A stretch of DNA of 64,000 bases from assembly GCA_964558915.1 (NCBI GenBank), contig CAZLFV010000003.1, positions 743 through 64,742 of the forward strand. Reading direction: 5' to 3'. Positions 37,945 through 47,992 of this stretch are shown here, piece by piece. The notes beneath the pieces are model-generated. The model was not told the origin of the DNA and ran no database searches. It was given only the letters and a program-made list of their open reading frames with translations. A program made the translations under genes and the position numbers. The stretch comes from an uncultured Eubacteriales bacterium (GTDB taxonomy: Bacteria; Acidobacteriota; Aminicenantia; Aminicenantales; UBA8522). Numbering within the stretch: the first letter of the stretch is position 1; every line of letters starts with the position of its first letter.

Positions 37945-38828
37945 ACGGTCACGTCTTTTCTATCGTCGATGTTTTTGCCGAGGAAAAATACGCGGGCAAT
38001 GAGCTGGCAGTTGTGCGTCAGGCTCATTCCCTGTCCGACGTGCTGATGCAGAAGATCGCTCGCGAGGTCAACTTTTCTGAAACAGCTTTTATCCTGAAGG
38101 ACGAAGAGAGTCGCGGCGGTTTCGATGTCCGCATTTTCACTCCCAAAGAAGAGCTGCCATTCGCCGGCCATCCCACACTCGGCACGGCCTTCATCATCCA
38201 GCAGGAAATCCTTAAAAAGCCCGTCAAAGAAATTATCCTGAACCTCAAGATCGGCCAGATTCCCGTTATGTTCACCTACCGCGGAGAAGAACCTGACATG
38301 ATCTGGATGAAGCAGGTCAAACCGAGGTTCGGCAGGACGTTGGCTGCCGGCCGAGTGGCGCCCGTGCTCAGTCTTAGAGCCGATGAGCTGGACACGAAAT
38401 TCCCGCTCCAGGAAGTCTCAACCGGAGTGCCGTTTATCATTGTCCCGCTCAAGGCCCTGGAGGCGGTCAAGAGATGCCGTATTGACCTTGAAAAACTGAC
38501 CGGGCTGATCCAGGATGGGGAAGCCAAGGCGATTCTTGTTTTTTGTCCGGAAACATATAACACCCAGAATGACCTGAACGTCCGCGTTTTCGCCGATTAC
38601 CACGGTGTTCCTGAAGATCCGGCCACGGGAAGCGCCAACGGTTGCCTGGCGGGATATCTCGTCAAACACAGGTATTTTGACACAGGCCAGGTTAACGTTC
38701 GCGTGGAGCAAGGCTACGAGATCGGCCGGCCGTCCTTGCTGCTTCTTAAGGCTGAGGAAAAAGCAGGGGAGATCGGTGTTTTCGTCGGAGGAAAAGTCGT
38801 CCTGGTCGCCCGGGGAGAGCTGGTCTAA
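37941..38828 (+). CDS. PhzF-family isomerase
   Basis: 295 aa with ...VDVFAEEKYAGNELAVV...FSETAFI.... It has an ATGA overlap with the MBL frame. Confidence 0.88.
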   Translation: MNGHVFSIVDVFAEEKYAGNELAVVRQAHSLSDVLMQKIAREVNFSETAFILKDEESRGGFDVRIFTPKEELPFAGHPTLGTAFIIQQEILKKPVKEIILNLKIGQIPVMFTYRGEEPDMIWMKQVKPRFGRTLAAGRVAPVLSLRADELDTKFPLQEVSTGVPFIIVPLKALEAVKRCRIDLEKLTGLIQDGEAKAILVFCPETYNTQNDLNVRVFADYHGVPEDPATGSANGCLAGYLVKHRYFDTGQVNVRVEQGYEIGRPSLLLLKAEEKAGEIGVFVGGKVVLVARGELV

Positions 38829-38852
38829 AGGGAATTGTAGGCGCGCCGACTG

Positions 38853-40430
38853 CTATTTCTGGACCGAATCCCATTTGGCCTCAGAGCGGCTCTCCACAAT
38901 CGCTCGGCCAGAGAATTCGTAAGTTGAATTGTAATTGTATGTCCAGCCCAGATAGGGGGAGTCGCCTCCCGAGTGAGTAGTAATGAAAAACCGGTGGGAC
39001 AGCGACCCAAAAGAAGTCGCCACATCCATGGACGTAGCCGGCTTGCCTCGGCTCGGGTCGACAGGGATCCAGCCGAAGGGAGGCAAGTAGACCTGCACCC
39101 AGCGGTGGTAGACATCGTCAATGGACCCATCATCCCCGCGGACGACGATGCCGGCCTCGTAGCGGGCAGGAAGGCCCGCCGCCCGGGCCAATGCTAGGAA
39201 GGAAAAGGTGAATTCGGAGCATGAGCCGTTCCCTCGTTTCAAAACGGTGGGGGCCGCATTCCATCCGCCCGTGCGCACGTACTGCATCGTTGTGTGAAGA
39301 TACTTGTGGATCTTGAAGGCGATCCAGAACGGGTTCTTTACATCGCCGACAATTTTTTTCGAAAGCTCAACTATATAGGGGTCGCCGACATTTAGCTTGG
39401 AGCCGTCCACCAGATAATTCTTCTGAACCTCCGGGGGAATGCTGTCCAACCCCTGGACCCACTCTGGCAGGATGAAATAATTCAAATCCTTTGTTTCCAC
39501 TTCAATGGCGTAGGTTAGGGCGAGCTGTTGAAGAGGAGGGATCTTGCCCTCGAGAAAAGCAAATTTCTGTCCCCATATGTCCTGAAGCGTCGAGAAAGAA
39601 GACGAAGCGAAGCCCGGGCCTTTGAGGATCTTTTGATGAGGGTCATCCTCCGCGACGCAGACGTAGAGCTTTCCGTTTACCTCGGCCGAAGGCCCGCGGT
39701 TATAGAGAGAATGCGTGAAATGGACTTGACGCAGGTGCGGATTCCCTGTATACATCGGCCTGCTGTTGAACGCGACGTCTACGGCATAAAGAGTCTTCTG
39801 CTCAAAATCCACGATCCAAAGAACATCCCCCAGCTTGACGATTCCGGCCGGATAAGGGCCGGGAGAAGGAAGAACGCCGATAATATCGCCGCCTGGAGTC
39901 GCGCAAACGATCCGGTCTCTCTGCCTCTCCGTGAGCCAGAAATAATTCCCGTCAAAGAAGATACCGGTTGTGTCTGGACCCGGGCCTTCATAGGTTTTCA
40001 CTTCCGTCCCGTCCAAAGGGTCGAGAGCCAGGAACTTGTTTCCGGATGTGGCCCAGACATTTTTTCCGTCCCAGGCCAGCCCGGACGGGTCTGTCTCCAC
40101 ATCGCCCAGCACCTGATCGACCTTCTTTTGGTCCAGGAGGAAATGCAGGATGCGTTTGTTCGCTTTGTCGGAGACCCAAAGGCCCTTTTCATCCTTGGCA
40201 ATGCCCAGGGGGTGATCACAGGGCAGGAGAATGGTTTGGCCGAATTTCTTGTCTTTTAGGGAATAATCAAAAAGCGTTCCGGTATCGCGGTCGGAAATCA
40301 AGAGGCTGTCGCCCGCGACGGCCAGCCCGAACGGCTGCGCCATCGGCAGCGGGACTGACATCTTGACCTCGCCCACGTTGCCGAATAGCAAAGAGGGCAA
40401 TAACATCAGAAACGGGATGATTCTCTTCAT
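38853..40430 (-). CDS. Secreted beta-propeller (glutaminyl-cyclase/NHL-like) - transglutaminase-core fusion protein
   Basis: Signal peptide, plus a C-terminal Cys-His-Asp core: GNGSCSEF, HRWVQVY, IPVDPS. Confidence 0.78.
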   Translation of the reverse strand: MKRIIPFLMLLPSLLFGNVGEVKMSVPLPMAQPFGLAVAGDSLLISDRDTGTLFDYSLKDKKFGQTILLPCDHPLGIAKDEKGLWVSDKANKRILHFLLDQKKVDQVLGDVETDPSGLAWDGKNVWATSGNKFLALDPLDGTEVKTYEGPGPDTTGIFFDGNYFWLTERQRDRIVCATPGGDIIGVLPSPGPYPAGIVKLGDVLWIVDFEQKTLYAVDVAFNSRPMYTGNPHLRQVHFTHSLYNRGPSAEVNGKLYVCVAEDDPHQKILKGPGFASSSFSTLQDIWGQKFAFLEGKIPPLQQLALTYAIEVETKDLNYFILPEWVQGLDSIPPEVQKNYLVDGSKLNVGDPYIVELSKKIVGDVKNPFWIAFKIHKYLHTTMQYVRTGGWNAAPTVLKRGNGSCSEFTFSFLALARAAGLPARYEAGIVVRGDDGSIDDVYHRWVQVYLPPFGWIPVDPSRGKPATSMDVATSFGSLSHRFFITTHSGGDSPYLGWTYNYNSTYEFSGRAIVESRSEAKWDSVQK

Positions 40431-40553
40431 GTACGCCTCCTTTTATACACCATACCACCTCCAAAAAAACTCTGTCAAGAATTTTGGCATACTCCGTTCC
40501 AATTGCCGCCGCCGTATGCTATTATTTTTTAGAACAACGCTAACGAGGCTCGC

Positions 40554-41993
40554 TTGAAACAAATAACCCAACTGCTGGGAATATTCTTGGTAATGATTTG
40601 TGTCCAAAACCGGGCGACCGTCGCCGGGCCGAAAGAAGAAGACAAGTACATATACTGGCTCAAAGAGGAAGTCGCGTTGCTCATCCTGCCCGAGGAGAGA
40701 GAAGCTTTCAAAAAACTGACGGAGGACAAACAGAAGGATCAATTCGTCGAGCTTTTCTGGGCTAAAAGAGACCCCACTTCGGGGACGAGAGAAAACGAGT
40801 TCAGGGAGGTGTGGTACGAAAGGCTCGATTACGTCAATAGGGCTTATTCCGCCGGGTCAGTGTCAAAGGGCTGGCACACTGATATGGGCAGAGTCTACAT
40901 GATTCTGGGCCCTCCTGTTCGAACCCGGGCTGTCCAAGGAGGCGTAAAACCCGAGTCTTCAGGCGGGAGTCAGATTGTTGCGCCCTCTGAGTTTTGGATC
41001 TACAGGCCGATGCCGGACCTGGGCCTCCACGACCACTTTCAGGTGGCCTTCAGAAATTATCAATACGGATATGACCTGGATGTGAACACATCGCAAAAGG
41101 TTTTGCGCGCTATGGAGATATTCCGGCAAAAAGTCATATTCAGCCCTGATTTAGAGAAACCGCCCCTTTACCTGTTTAGGCTCGAAGAAAATTCCTTCGA
41201 GGGAAACCTCATTAGAGATTTTGTGGCCACGGGAGAGGAAGCCACTGGGATCGCGCTCGAGTGGCAGCCCATTTTTACAAGGGCGCGATTCGGGGAAACA
41301 CATGTCACCCTTCTGGTCCGCGTTGGCCCCCAGAATATCGACCCGACACAAGAGGTTGAGCTGACATTTTTTGGGAGGCTCAAGGGAGAAGGGGATGAAT
41401 TTCAGGAATTCCTCAAAACCGTGAGGCTGGAAAACGGCTCCGGGGATGGGCGGCTGGCTGTTCTTGGCTTTCCCGCCAGCCCCGGCGCGTCGGTTCTTTA
41501 TTTGGGCGCCAGGGACGCGGACAAGAAAAAGTATGCCCTGCTCAAATCGGACCTGAAGGTTGTGAATTTCAACTCCGGTGAACTTAACACAAGCGCGCTG
41601 ATTTTTTGCTCTGAAATGAATCCGCGGCCAAAAACTGAAACTTTAGAGGAACCGAGCCCCTTTGTGACAGAGCAGTTTAAAGCTCTTCCCCGGTGGGGAA
41701 ATGTCTTCAACGCTGGAGAGACCTTGAGCGTTCTCTTCCAAATCTATAACGCCAGGCTGAAAAAAAATGCCGTCTCTCTGGTCGCGGAGTATTTCATCGT
41801 TGGGCCAAAACTCACCTTTCGGCTGAATCCCCAGGTCGTCAAGCAGAAGATCGGTGAACCTTACGTTCTGACCGGCGGAACCCAGGTTCCCCTCTCACCG
41901 CTCAAACCCGGGTCATACACGTTCGTGATCAGGCTGACTGATAAGATCGCGAACACAACGATCGAAAAGAGCGCGGGTTTTGTCGTGGAATAA
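40554..41993 (+). CDS. GWxTD domain protein
   Basis: TTG start and a signal-like N-terminus. The signature is SKGWHTDMGRVYMILGPP. Confidence 0.8.
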   Translation: MKQITQLLGIFLVMICVQNRATVAGPKEEDKYIYWLKEEVALLILPEEREAFKKLTEDKQKDQFVELFWAKRDPTSGTRENEFREVWYERLDYVNRAYSAGSVSKGWHTDMGRVYMILGPPVRTRAVQGGVKPESSGGSQIVAPSEFWIYRPMPDLGLHDHFQVAFRNYQYGYDLDVNTSQKVLRAMEIFRQKVIFSPDLEKPPLYLFRLEENSFEGNLIRDFVATGEEATGIALEWQPIFTRARFGETHVTLLVRVGPQNIDPTQEVELTFFGRLKGEGDEFQEFLKTVRLENGSGDGRLAVLGFPASPGASVLYLGARDADKKKYALLKSDLKVVNFNSGELNTSALIFCSEMNPRPKTETLEEPSPFVTEQFKALPRWGNVFNAGETLSVLFQIYNARLKKNAVSLVAEYFIVGPKLTFRLNPQVVKQKIGEPYVLTGGTQVPLSPLKPGSYTFVIRLTDKIANTTIEKSAGFVVE

Positions 41994-42120
41994 AAATATC
42001 GAAGCAGGGGAGGCCGGGAGCTTGTCGGAGCGGTATTACCTTAGTTTTCCGATAAGAATAGTTGTATTAGGGAGGCAAAAAGAGTAAAATCTAAAATCTG
42101 GAGAGCATTCAGAAGGCGCT

Positions 42121-43863
42121 ATGATCAAGGACCTGTCCGTGATGATCGCCGGCGAGGCCGGAGACGGCGTCCTGTTCACCGGCAATGTCCTGGCCAGGCT
42201 GCTTAAACGGCAGGGCTGGGAGGTGGCTACCTCCAGGGATTTCCCGTCCAACATCCGCGGCGAACCCACCTCGTACACTATCCGGGCCTCGCTCGGGAAA
42301 ATCTACGGACTCAGCGAACTGGTCGATATTCTTCTGGCCTTTGACTGTGATGCCGTTTTGACTCATGTCCCTCATGTCGCTCAAGGAGGGATCGTATTTT
42401 GCGACGGCGAAGGGAAGGCGGGCCTTCGGCTCCGCGACTCCCGCGGCAAGACCTTCCATAAGATCCCTCTGCGTTCAATGGCCAGGGAACAGTTCGGCCA
42501 CGAAATCTTCAAAAACATGATGGCTCTCGGCGCGCTGAGCTGCGTGCTCGACCTTGATTTTGGCCTCCTCGACGAGATCATCTCCGAGATGTTCTTGAGG
42601 AAGAAAGGGGAGGAAGTCGTCAGGAAAAATATTCAGGCTGTGGCTGCCGGCTGCAAGAAGGCCCGGGAAATCACGTCCGAGAAGGAACGGCATCATCTCC
42701 GGAAAAAGGAGGATCGCAACCGCCTTCTTCTTTCTGGAGACGAAGCCATCGCTTTCGGGGCACTGGCCGGGGGATGCCGGTTCTTTGCGGCCTATCCAAT
42801 CTGTCCGGCCTCGGAAATCTCGCAGTGGCTGGTGCATTATATTTCCCGATTCAACGGGGTTGTTGTCCAGACCGAGGACGAGATATCGGCCCTGAACATG
42901 GCTCTGGGGGCAGCCTTTGCCGGAGCCAGGTCCATGACCGCGACGTCCGGGCCCGGCGCATCCCTGATGATGGAGGCGTTCAGTCTGGCCGGAATGGCCG
43001 AAATCCCCGTTGTTGTGGCGCACGTCCAGCGCTTAGGCCCGGCCACGGGAATTCCAACCAAAACCCAGCAGGAGGACATCCTCCAGTGGATTTACGGTTC
43101 GCACGGCGAGTTCCCTCGGATCGTTCTCTCTCCGGGGACGCCCGGTGAATGCTTTGACCTGACTGCGCGGGCCTTCAACCTGGCTGAGATTTATCAGGTG
43201 CCGGTCATCGTGTTCACCGAGCTTGACATGGGCCAGAACTACCGGACAACCAAAGTATTCGACCTCGAATCAATCGAGATCAAGCGTGGCAAGCTGCTCA
43301 GCCAGGAGGAGCTTCTGCTGATCGATGACTTTAAAAGGTACGAGCTCACGCCCGACGGAATCTCGCCTCGGGCGTTGCCTTTTTTTAGAAACGGGGTTCA
43401 CCTTGCCGAGAGTCTCGAGCATGACGAGAAAGGCTATCGAAACGAGGAACGAACTACGCGAATCAGGATGACGGAAAAGAGGATGCGCAAACTCAAGAGA
43501 GCCTCCCGGGACCTCATCCCGCCGCATCTTTGGGGAGACCGAAAGGCCGAGGTCGGATTCGTCAGCTGCGGGTCAACCCTCGGCGCCATCCTGGAAGCCA
43601 TGGATGAGCTCATGCGAAGAAAAGTGTCTTCCCGGTTTCTTCAGCTCAGAACTCTTTGGCCATTCCCGACCGCAGCTGTCCGGAGGTTCCTATCGGGGTG
43701 CCAGGAGGTCTTCGTGGTTGAGAATAACTTCTCCGGCGAGCTCGCAACCCTGATCAAAAGTCAGGTCAATCCTTGCATTCAACTCCGGAATATTCTGAAT
43801 TATTCGACGCGGGCCTTTACTCCTGGAGAGATTGTCAAACCGGTCTTGAAGGTGTGTGGATGA
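42121..43863 (+). CDS. korA: 2-oxoacid:ferredoxin oxidoreductase, fused gamma-alpha subunit
   Basis: A gamma-like domain at the N-terminus (MIAGEAGDGV) is followed by an alpha domain. 580 aa. Confidence 0.87.
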   Translation: MIKDLSVMIAGEAGDGVLFTGNVLARLLKRQGWEVATSRDFPSNIRGEPTSYTIRASLGKIYGLSELVDILLAFDCDAVLTHVPHVAQGGIVFCDGEGKAGLRLRDSRGKTFHKIPLRSMAREQFGHEIFKNMMALGALSCVLDLDFGLLDEIISEMFLRKKGEEVVRKNIQAVAAGCKKAREITSEKERHHLRKKEDRNRLLLSGDEAIAFGALAGGCRFFAAYPICPASEISQWLVHYISRFNGVVVQTEDEISALNMALGAAFAGARSMTATSGPGASLMMEAFSLAGMAEIPVVVAHVQRLGPATGIPTKTQQEDILQWIYGSHGEFPRIVLSPGTPGECFDLTARAFNLAEIYQVPVIVFTELDMGQNYRTTKVFDLESIEIKRGKLLSQEELLLIDDFKRYELTPDGISPRALPFFRNGVHLAESLEHDEKGYRNEERTTRIRMTEKRMRKLKRASRDLIPPHLWGDRKAEVGFVSCGSTLGAILEAMDELMRRKVSSRFLQLRTLWPFPTAAVRRFLSGCQEVFVVENNFSGELATLIKSQVNPCIQLRNILNYSTRAFTPGEIVKPVLKVCG

Positions 43864-44720
43864 AAAGAAAGGATGCCTATCACCTGCTAGACCCCACCTG
43901 GTGCAGAGGCTGCGGGCTCTTTGGGATTTTTGAGGCGCTCAAAAGGGCGGCGGCCTCGCTCGACCTCGAGCCGGAGAAGGCGGTGATCGTCACGGGGATC
44001 GGCTGCCACGGCCGGCTGAACAATTATTTCCGGGCCTATGGTTTTCATGGCCTTCACGGCCGGACAATGCCCGTGGCCACTGGAATCAAGCTCGTGAACC
44101 CGAAGCTTCAGGTGATCGCCGTGAGCGGAGATGGTGATGCCTATTCCATCGGGCTGGGACACTTCATGCATACTCTCCGTAAAAATGTCGGCATCCTCTA
44201 TATCGTCGTGAATAACCGCATCTATGCTCTGACTCAAGGCCAGGCTTCGCCGACTACGAGCTTCGGAACGGTAACGATCTCAACGCCATTCGGGTCCAAG
44301 GATTTTCCGCTCGATGGGCCTGTGCTTGCCCTGGCGGCCGGCGGGACATTTATTGCCCGGGGCTTTTCTGGTGAGGTGGCGCCGCTCGCTGCGCTTCTCG
44401 AAAAGGGGATGAGGCACAAGGGATTCGCCCTGGTCGAAGTACTCAGTCCCTGCGTAACCCACAACAAGGTCAATTCCTACGATTGGTTTAGACAACATAT
44501 TTTCCATGTCCAAGGCGTCCCGGGATACAGCCCTGGGGACAAAAACAAAGCTTGGGAAGCCCTCCAGCACTCGGAGAAAATCGCCACGGGGTTGATTTAT
44601 GAAGAAGACAAGCCGGCTTTCGAAGACCTCGTCCTTCCAGATAAAGACAGGCCGATTGCCTTTAGTGACTTGGCCCCGGACCGGGCCAGTCTCGAAAAAA
44701 TCATGGAAAAATTCAGGTAA
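43860..44720 (+). CDS. korB: 2-oxoacid:ferredoxin oxidoreductase beta (TPP-binding) subunit
   Basis: The ATG at 43860 overlaps the korA TGA (ATGA). It carries WCRGCG, GIGCHGR and SGDGDAYSIG. The ORF track opens earlier, at 43773, inside korA. Confidence 0.87.
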   Translation: MKRKDAYHLLDPTWCRGCGLFGIFEALKRAAASLDLEPEKAVIVTGIGCHGRLNNYFRAYGFHGLHGRTMPVATGIKLVNPKLQVIAVSGDGDAYSIGLGHFMHTLRKNVGILYIVVNNRIYALTQGQASPTTSFGTVTISTPFGSKDFPLDGPVLALAAGGTFIARGFSGEVAPLAALLEKGMRHKGFALVEVLSPCVTHNKVNSYDWFRQHIFHVQGVPGYSPGDKNKAWEALQHSEKIATGLIYEEDKPAFEDLVLPDKDRPIAFSDLAPDRASLEKIMEKFR

Positions 44721-44760
44721 GAAAGCTATAGTGGATAAAGAATTATAAAAGGAGTTTACG

Positions 44761-44979
44761 ATGAAAGAAAAAGTGGAAGCGGCGTTGAACAAGATCCGGC
44801 CCGCTCTCATGGCCGACGGCGGCAACGTTGAGCTTGTTGACGTTCAAGAGGGTGTAGTTAAGGTGAAGCTCACTGGAGCCTGCGGCGGCTGCCCGATGTC
44901 TCAAATGACACTCAAGATGGGGATTGAGCGCATCTTGAAAAAAGAAGTCCCGGAAATCAAAGAAGTCGTGGCCATCTGA
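44761..44979 (+). CDS. Nfu/NifU C-terminal domain Fe-S carrier
   Basis: 72 aa with the GACGGCPMS motif. Confidence 0.85.
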   Translation: MKEKVEAALNKIRPALMADGGNVELVDVQEGVVKVKLTGACGGCPMSQMTLKMGIERILKKEVPEIKEVVAI

Positions 44980-45008
44980 GAAAGAATGTCCTCGAAGGGA
45001 TCAAACGC

Positions 45009-46190
45009 ATGAGACGCGTTTATCTCGACCATATCGCGGCCACTCCGCTGGATCCCGACGTCCTCAAGTCTATGCTGCCGTATCTCGGAGAAAAGTACGG
45101 CAATCCGCAGAGCCTTCATTCCATCGGGCAGGAGGCGCTTGAGGCTGTGGAGGAGGCTCGCTCGGAGGTGGCCTCTCTCATCGGGGCCGACCAGAGCGAG
45201 GTTTTTTTCACCTCCTCCGGTTCCGAAGCCAATAATTTCGCCGTCAAAGGCCTCAGCTTAGCCCGGAGAGAAAAAGGAAGCCATATCGTCGTCTCTGCGA
45301 TCGAACATCAATCCGTCCTGCACTCTGCCAAGAGCCTTGAAAAATTCGGGTTCTCGTCCACTTTAGTTCCCGTGGACAAACACGGAATGATTGACCCTGC
45401 GGACGTCAAAAAAGCCATCAAAAAGGAGACAGTCCTCATTTCCGTGATGCTGGCCAACAGCGAAGTGGGGACAGTGGAGCCAGTGGCAGAAGTCGTCAAG
45501 GTCTGTGGCTCCCTGGGCATTCCTGTTCATACGGATGCTGTCGCTGCCGCGGGGAACATCCCTGTTGACGTTAAGGACCTGGGCGTCGATGCCCTGAGTC
45601 TGGCCGCGGACCAGTTCTATGGGCCCAAGGGGAGCGCGGCCCTTTTTCTCAAGAAAGGGACAAGGATCCTTCCGTTTATCGATGGGGGAATTCAGGAGGG
45701 CGGACGTCGCGCCGGCACCGAGAATGTCGCCGGAATTGTTGGACTCGGGAAGGCGGCCAAGATCGCCGTGATGAGATTATCCGATCGTATGGAGAAGATG
45801 AGGTCTCTGCGGGACAAACTGATCGGCAGCCTTCCGCGAAGAGTGGAACATGTCGTCCTCACCGGACACAGGGAGAAGCGGTTGCCTTATCATGCCAGCT
45901 TTTGCTTTGAGTTCATCGAGGGAGAGGCTATGCTCTTGAACCTGGACATGAAGGGCATCGCCGCATCGAGCGGGTCGGCCTGCACATCCCGAGCCCTAAA
46001 GGCATCGCACGTGCTTCTGGCCATGGGGATCGATCATGCCCTGGCCCAGGGCTCCCTGGTGTTTAGCGTGATCGAGCAGACCACGGCGGAAGACATCGAT
46101 TATCTCCTGGATGTCTTTCCGCCGATTATCGAGAGGCTGAGGAAGATGTCTCCCTTGTACACAAAATTTTTGGAGGAGAGCAAGAGATGA
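45009..46190 (+). CDS. nifS: Cysteine desulfurase (NifS/IscS type)
   Basis: Class V aminotransferase fold with the active-site loop SSGSACTS. Confidence 0.92.
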   Translation: MRRVYLDHIAATPLDPDVLKSMLPYLGEKYGNPQSLHSIGQEALEAVEEARSEVASLIGADQSEVFFTSSGSEANNFAVKGLSLARREKGSHIVVSAIEHQSVLHSAKSLEKFGFSSTLVPVDKHGMIDPADVKKAIKKETVLISVMLANSEVGTVEPVAEVVKVCGSLGIPVHTDAVAAAGNIPVDVKDLGVDALSLAADQFYGPKGSAALFLKKGTRILPFIDGGIQEGGRRAGTENVAGIVGLGKAAKIAVMRLSDRMEKMRSLRDKLIGSLPRRVEHVVLTGHREKRLPYHASFCFEFIEGEAMLLNLDMKGIAASSGSACTSRALKASHVLLAMGIDHALAQGSLVFSVIEQTTAEDIDYLLDVFPPIIERLRKMSPLYTKFLEESKR

Positions 46191-46756
46191 TTTACAGTGA
46201 GAAAGTAATGGACCATTTTCAGAACCCCCGCAACGTCGGGGTCATTAAAGATGCTGACGGCATCGGCCAGGTCGGGAATCCTGTTTGCGGAGACATGATG
46301 ACCTTTTATATTAAGGTTTCAGATAACCGGCTCGCGGATATCAAGTTCCAGACATTCGGCTGCGGCGCGGCTATCGCTGTGTCAAGCATAGTCAGCGAGA
46401 TGGCCATGGGCAAGACCCTGGAAGAGGCCATGAAGATCACCAACTCCACCGTGGCCGAGGAGCTGGGTGGGCTGCCGAAGAATAAGCTCCATTGCTCGAA
46501 CCTGGGAGCAGATGCGCTTCATGCCGCGATCGAAGACTACAAGAAAAAACAAGCGGCGGCCAGAGGAGGAAAGGTAGCAGCGGCGCCGCCGGAACGAAAA
46601 TGCTATTGTCCCTATTGCGAAGGGCCAATCGAGGGGATTGAAGAAATCTGCGAACACTGCCAAGTGGAGCTTGAAGAGTGCCCGCACTGCGGCAACTTCA
46701 CCAAGAAAGGTGGAGAACAGTGCGTTTCCTGTGGTGCTGAGCTCGAGCACCATTGA
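46187..46756 (+). CDS. iscU: IscU/NifU-N Fe-S scaffold fused to C-terminal double zinc ribbon
   Basis: GNPVCGD, FGCGAAIA and LHCS scaffold cysteines. The C-terminus carries CPYC-x10-CEHC and CPHC-x10-CVSC. Confidence 0.88.
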   Translation: MIYSEKVMDHFQNPRNVGVIKDADGIGQVGNPVCGDMMTFYIKVSDNRLADIKFQTFGCGAAIAVSSIVSEMAMGKTLEEAMKITNSTVAEELGGLPKNKLHCSNLGADALHAAIEDYKKKQAAARGGKVAAAPPERKCYCPYCEGPIEGIEEICEHCQVELEECPHCGNFTKKGGEQCVSCGAELEHH

Positions 46757-46806
46757 CGGCATCTGCCCGCGCCGGGGCTGGTGCTGTCTGGAGCAATTGA
46801 TTCGTT

Positions 46807-47058
46807 ATGGGTCCTAGGGAAGCGATGAAAGCTGACGTTAAGCTGGACTGCTTTGGGCTCCTTTGTCCTGTCCCGGTCATTCAGACGGCCAAAATAATCA
46901 AGGAGATGAAAGTCGGCGAGGTTCTGGAGGTCACCTCAACAGATGAAGGGATCAAGAAAGACATGCCGGCTTGGTGCAGAATGAGCGGTCAGGAATATAT
47001 CGGGATGGAGGAAGGAGACGGCCTCATCCGCGTCTATATCAGAAAGGTGAAGGAATAA
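46807..47058 (+). CDS. TusA-family sulfurtransferase
   Basis: 83 aa with the LDCFGLLCPVP (CPxP) motif. Confidence 0.8.
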   Translation: MGPREAMKADVKLDCFGLLCPVPVIQTAKIIKEMKVGEVLEVTSTDEGIKKDMPAWCRMSGQEYIGMEEGDGLIRVYIRKVKE

Positions 47059-47982
47059 ATGGAGCCGGGCATGGGACAGACCAAAGAACAAGTCGTGGCC
47101 AGGATTCGGGCGCTCAAAGGCGAAAAAAGAGCTGTCATCCTGGCCCATAATTATCAGATCGGCGAGGTCCAGGATATCGCCGATTACACCGGCGATTCCC
47201 TCGGCTTGAGCCAGCAGGCGGCCGCAACTGACGCAGAGGTAGTTGTCTTCTGCGGTGTCCATTTCATGGCCGAAACTGCGGCCATCCTGTCTCCCCATAA
47301 AATAGTTCTTCTCCCCGACCTTAAGGCTGGCTGTCCGATGGCTGATATGATCACGGCCGAGGAGCTGAGATCCTGGAAGAAGAAGTATCCCGGACGAAAA
47401 GTCGTTAGCTACGTCAACACCACCGCCGAGGTCAAGGCGGAGTCCGATGTCTGTTGCACCTCCTCAAACGCCGTCAAGGTGGTGAACTCAATCGAGGACG
47501 ACGAGATCCTTTTTCTTCCCGATAAGAACTTAGCCGCCTACGTGGCCCGCCAGACTCGGAAAAAGATTGTCGCTTGGGACGGTTACTGTTATGTTCATAA
47601 CCGCATCTATGCCAGCGACGTCCTGACCAGAAAAAAGATGCATTCGGAGGCCGAAGTCTGGGTCCATCCAGAATGCCGGCCGGAGGTCATCGACCTGGCC
47701 GATAGAGTCCTTTCTACTGGTCAGATGGTCAAGGCGGCGCGGGAGACGAGGGCGAAGGAAGTCATCATCGGAACTGAAGCGGGAATCATCTACCGCCTCA
47801 GAAAAGAGAACCCTGCTGTGGCTTTTTACCCGGTCAAAGACCTGGCTTTGTGTTCAAATATGAAAAAAATTAATCTCTATAAGATCTGGAGAGCCCTGGA
47901 GGATATGACATTCAAAATTGTGGTTCCTCCGGAGATCAGCGGTCGGGCCCGGGGAGCTATCGAAAAAATGATTCAAATCTAA
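47059..47982 (+). CDS. nadA: Quinolinate synthase
   Basis: 307 aa with ...ILAHNYQ...GDSL...FCGVHFMAE.... Confidence 0.92.
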   Translation: MEPGMGQTKEQVVARIRALKGEKRAVILAHNYQIGEVQDIADYTGDSLGLSQQAAATDAEVVVFCGVHFMAETAAILSPHKIVLLPDLKAGCPMADMITAEELRSWKKKYPGRKVVSYVNTTAEVKAESDVCCTSSNAVKVVNSIEDDEILFLPDKNLAAYVARQTRKKIVAWDGYCYVHNRIYASDVLTRKKMHSEAEVWVHPECRPEVIDLADRVLSTGQMVKAARETRAKEVIIGTEAGIIYRLRKENPAVAFYPVKDLALCSNMKKINLYKIWRALEDMTFKIVVPPEISGRARGAIEKMIQI

Positions 47983-47992
47983 GGAGGACGGA

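Noticed and set aside
40481-40510. The string TTGGCATACTCCGTTCCAATTGCC upstream of the GWxTD gene, considered as a sigma-54 promoter.
   Set aside because: The distance between the GG and the GC of TTGC is about 17 nt rather than about 10, so it does not fit the -24/-12 geometry.
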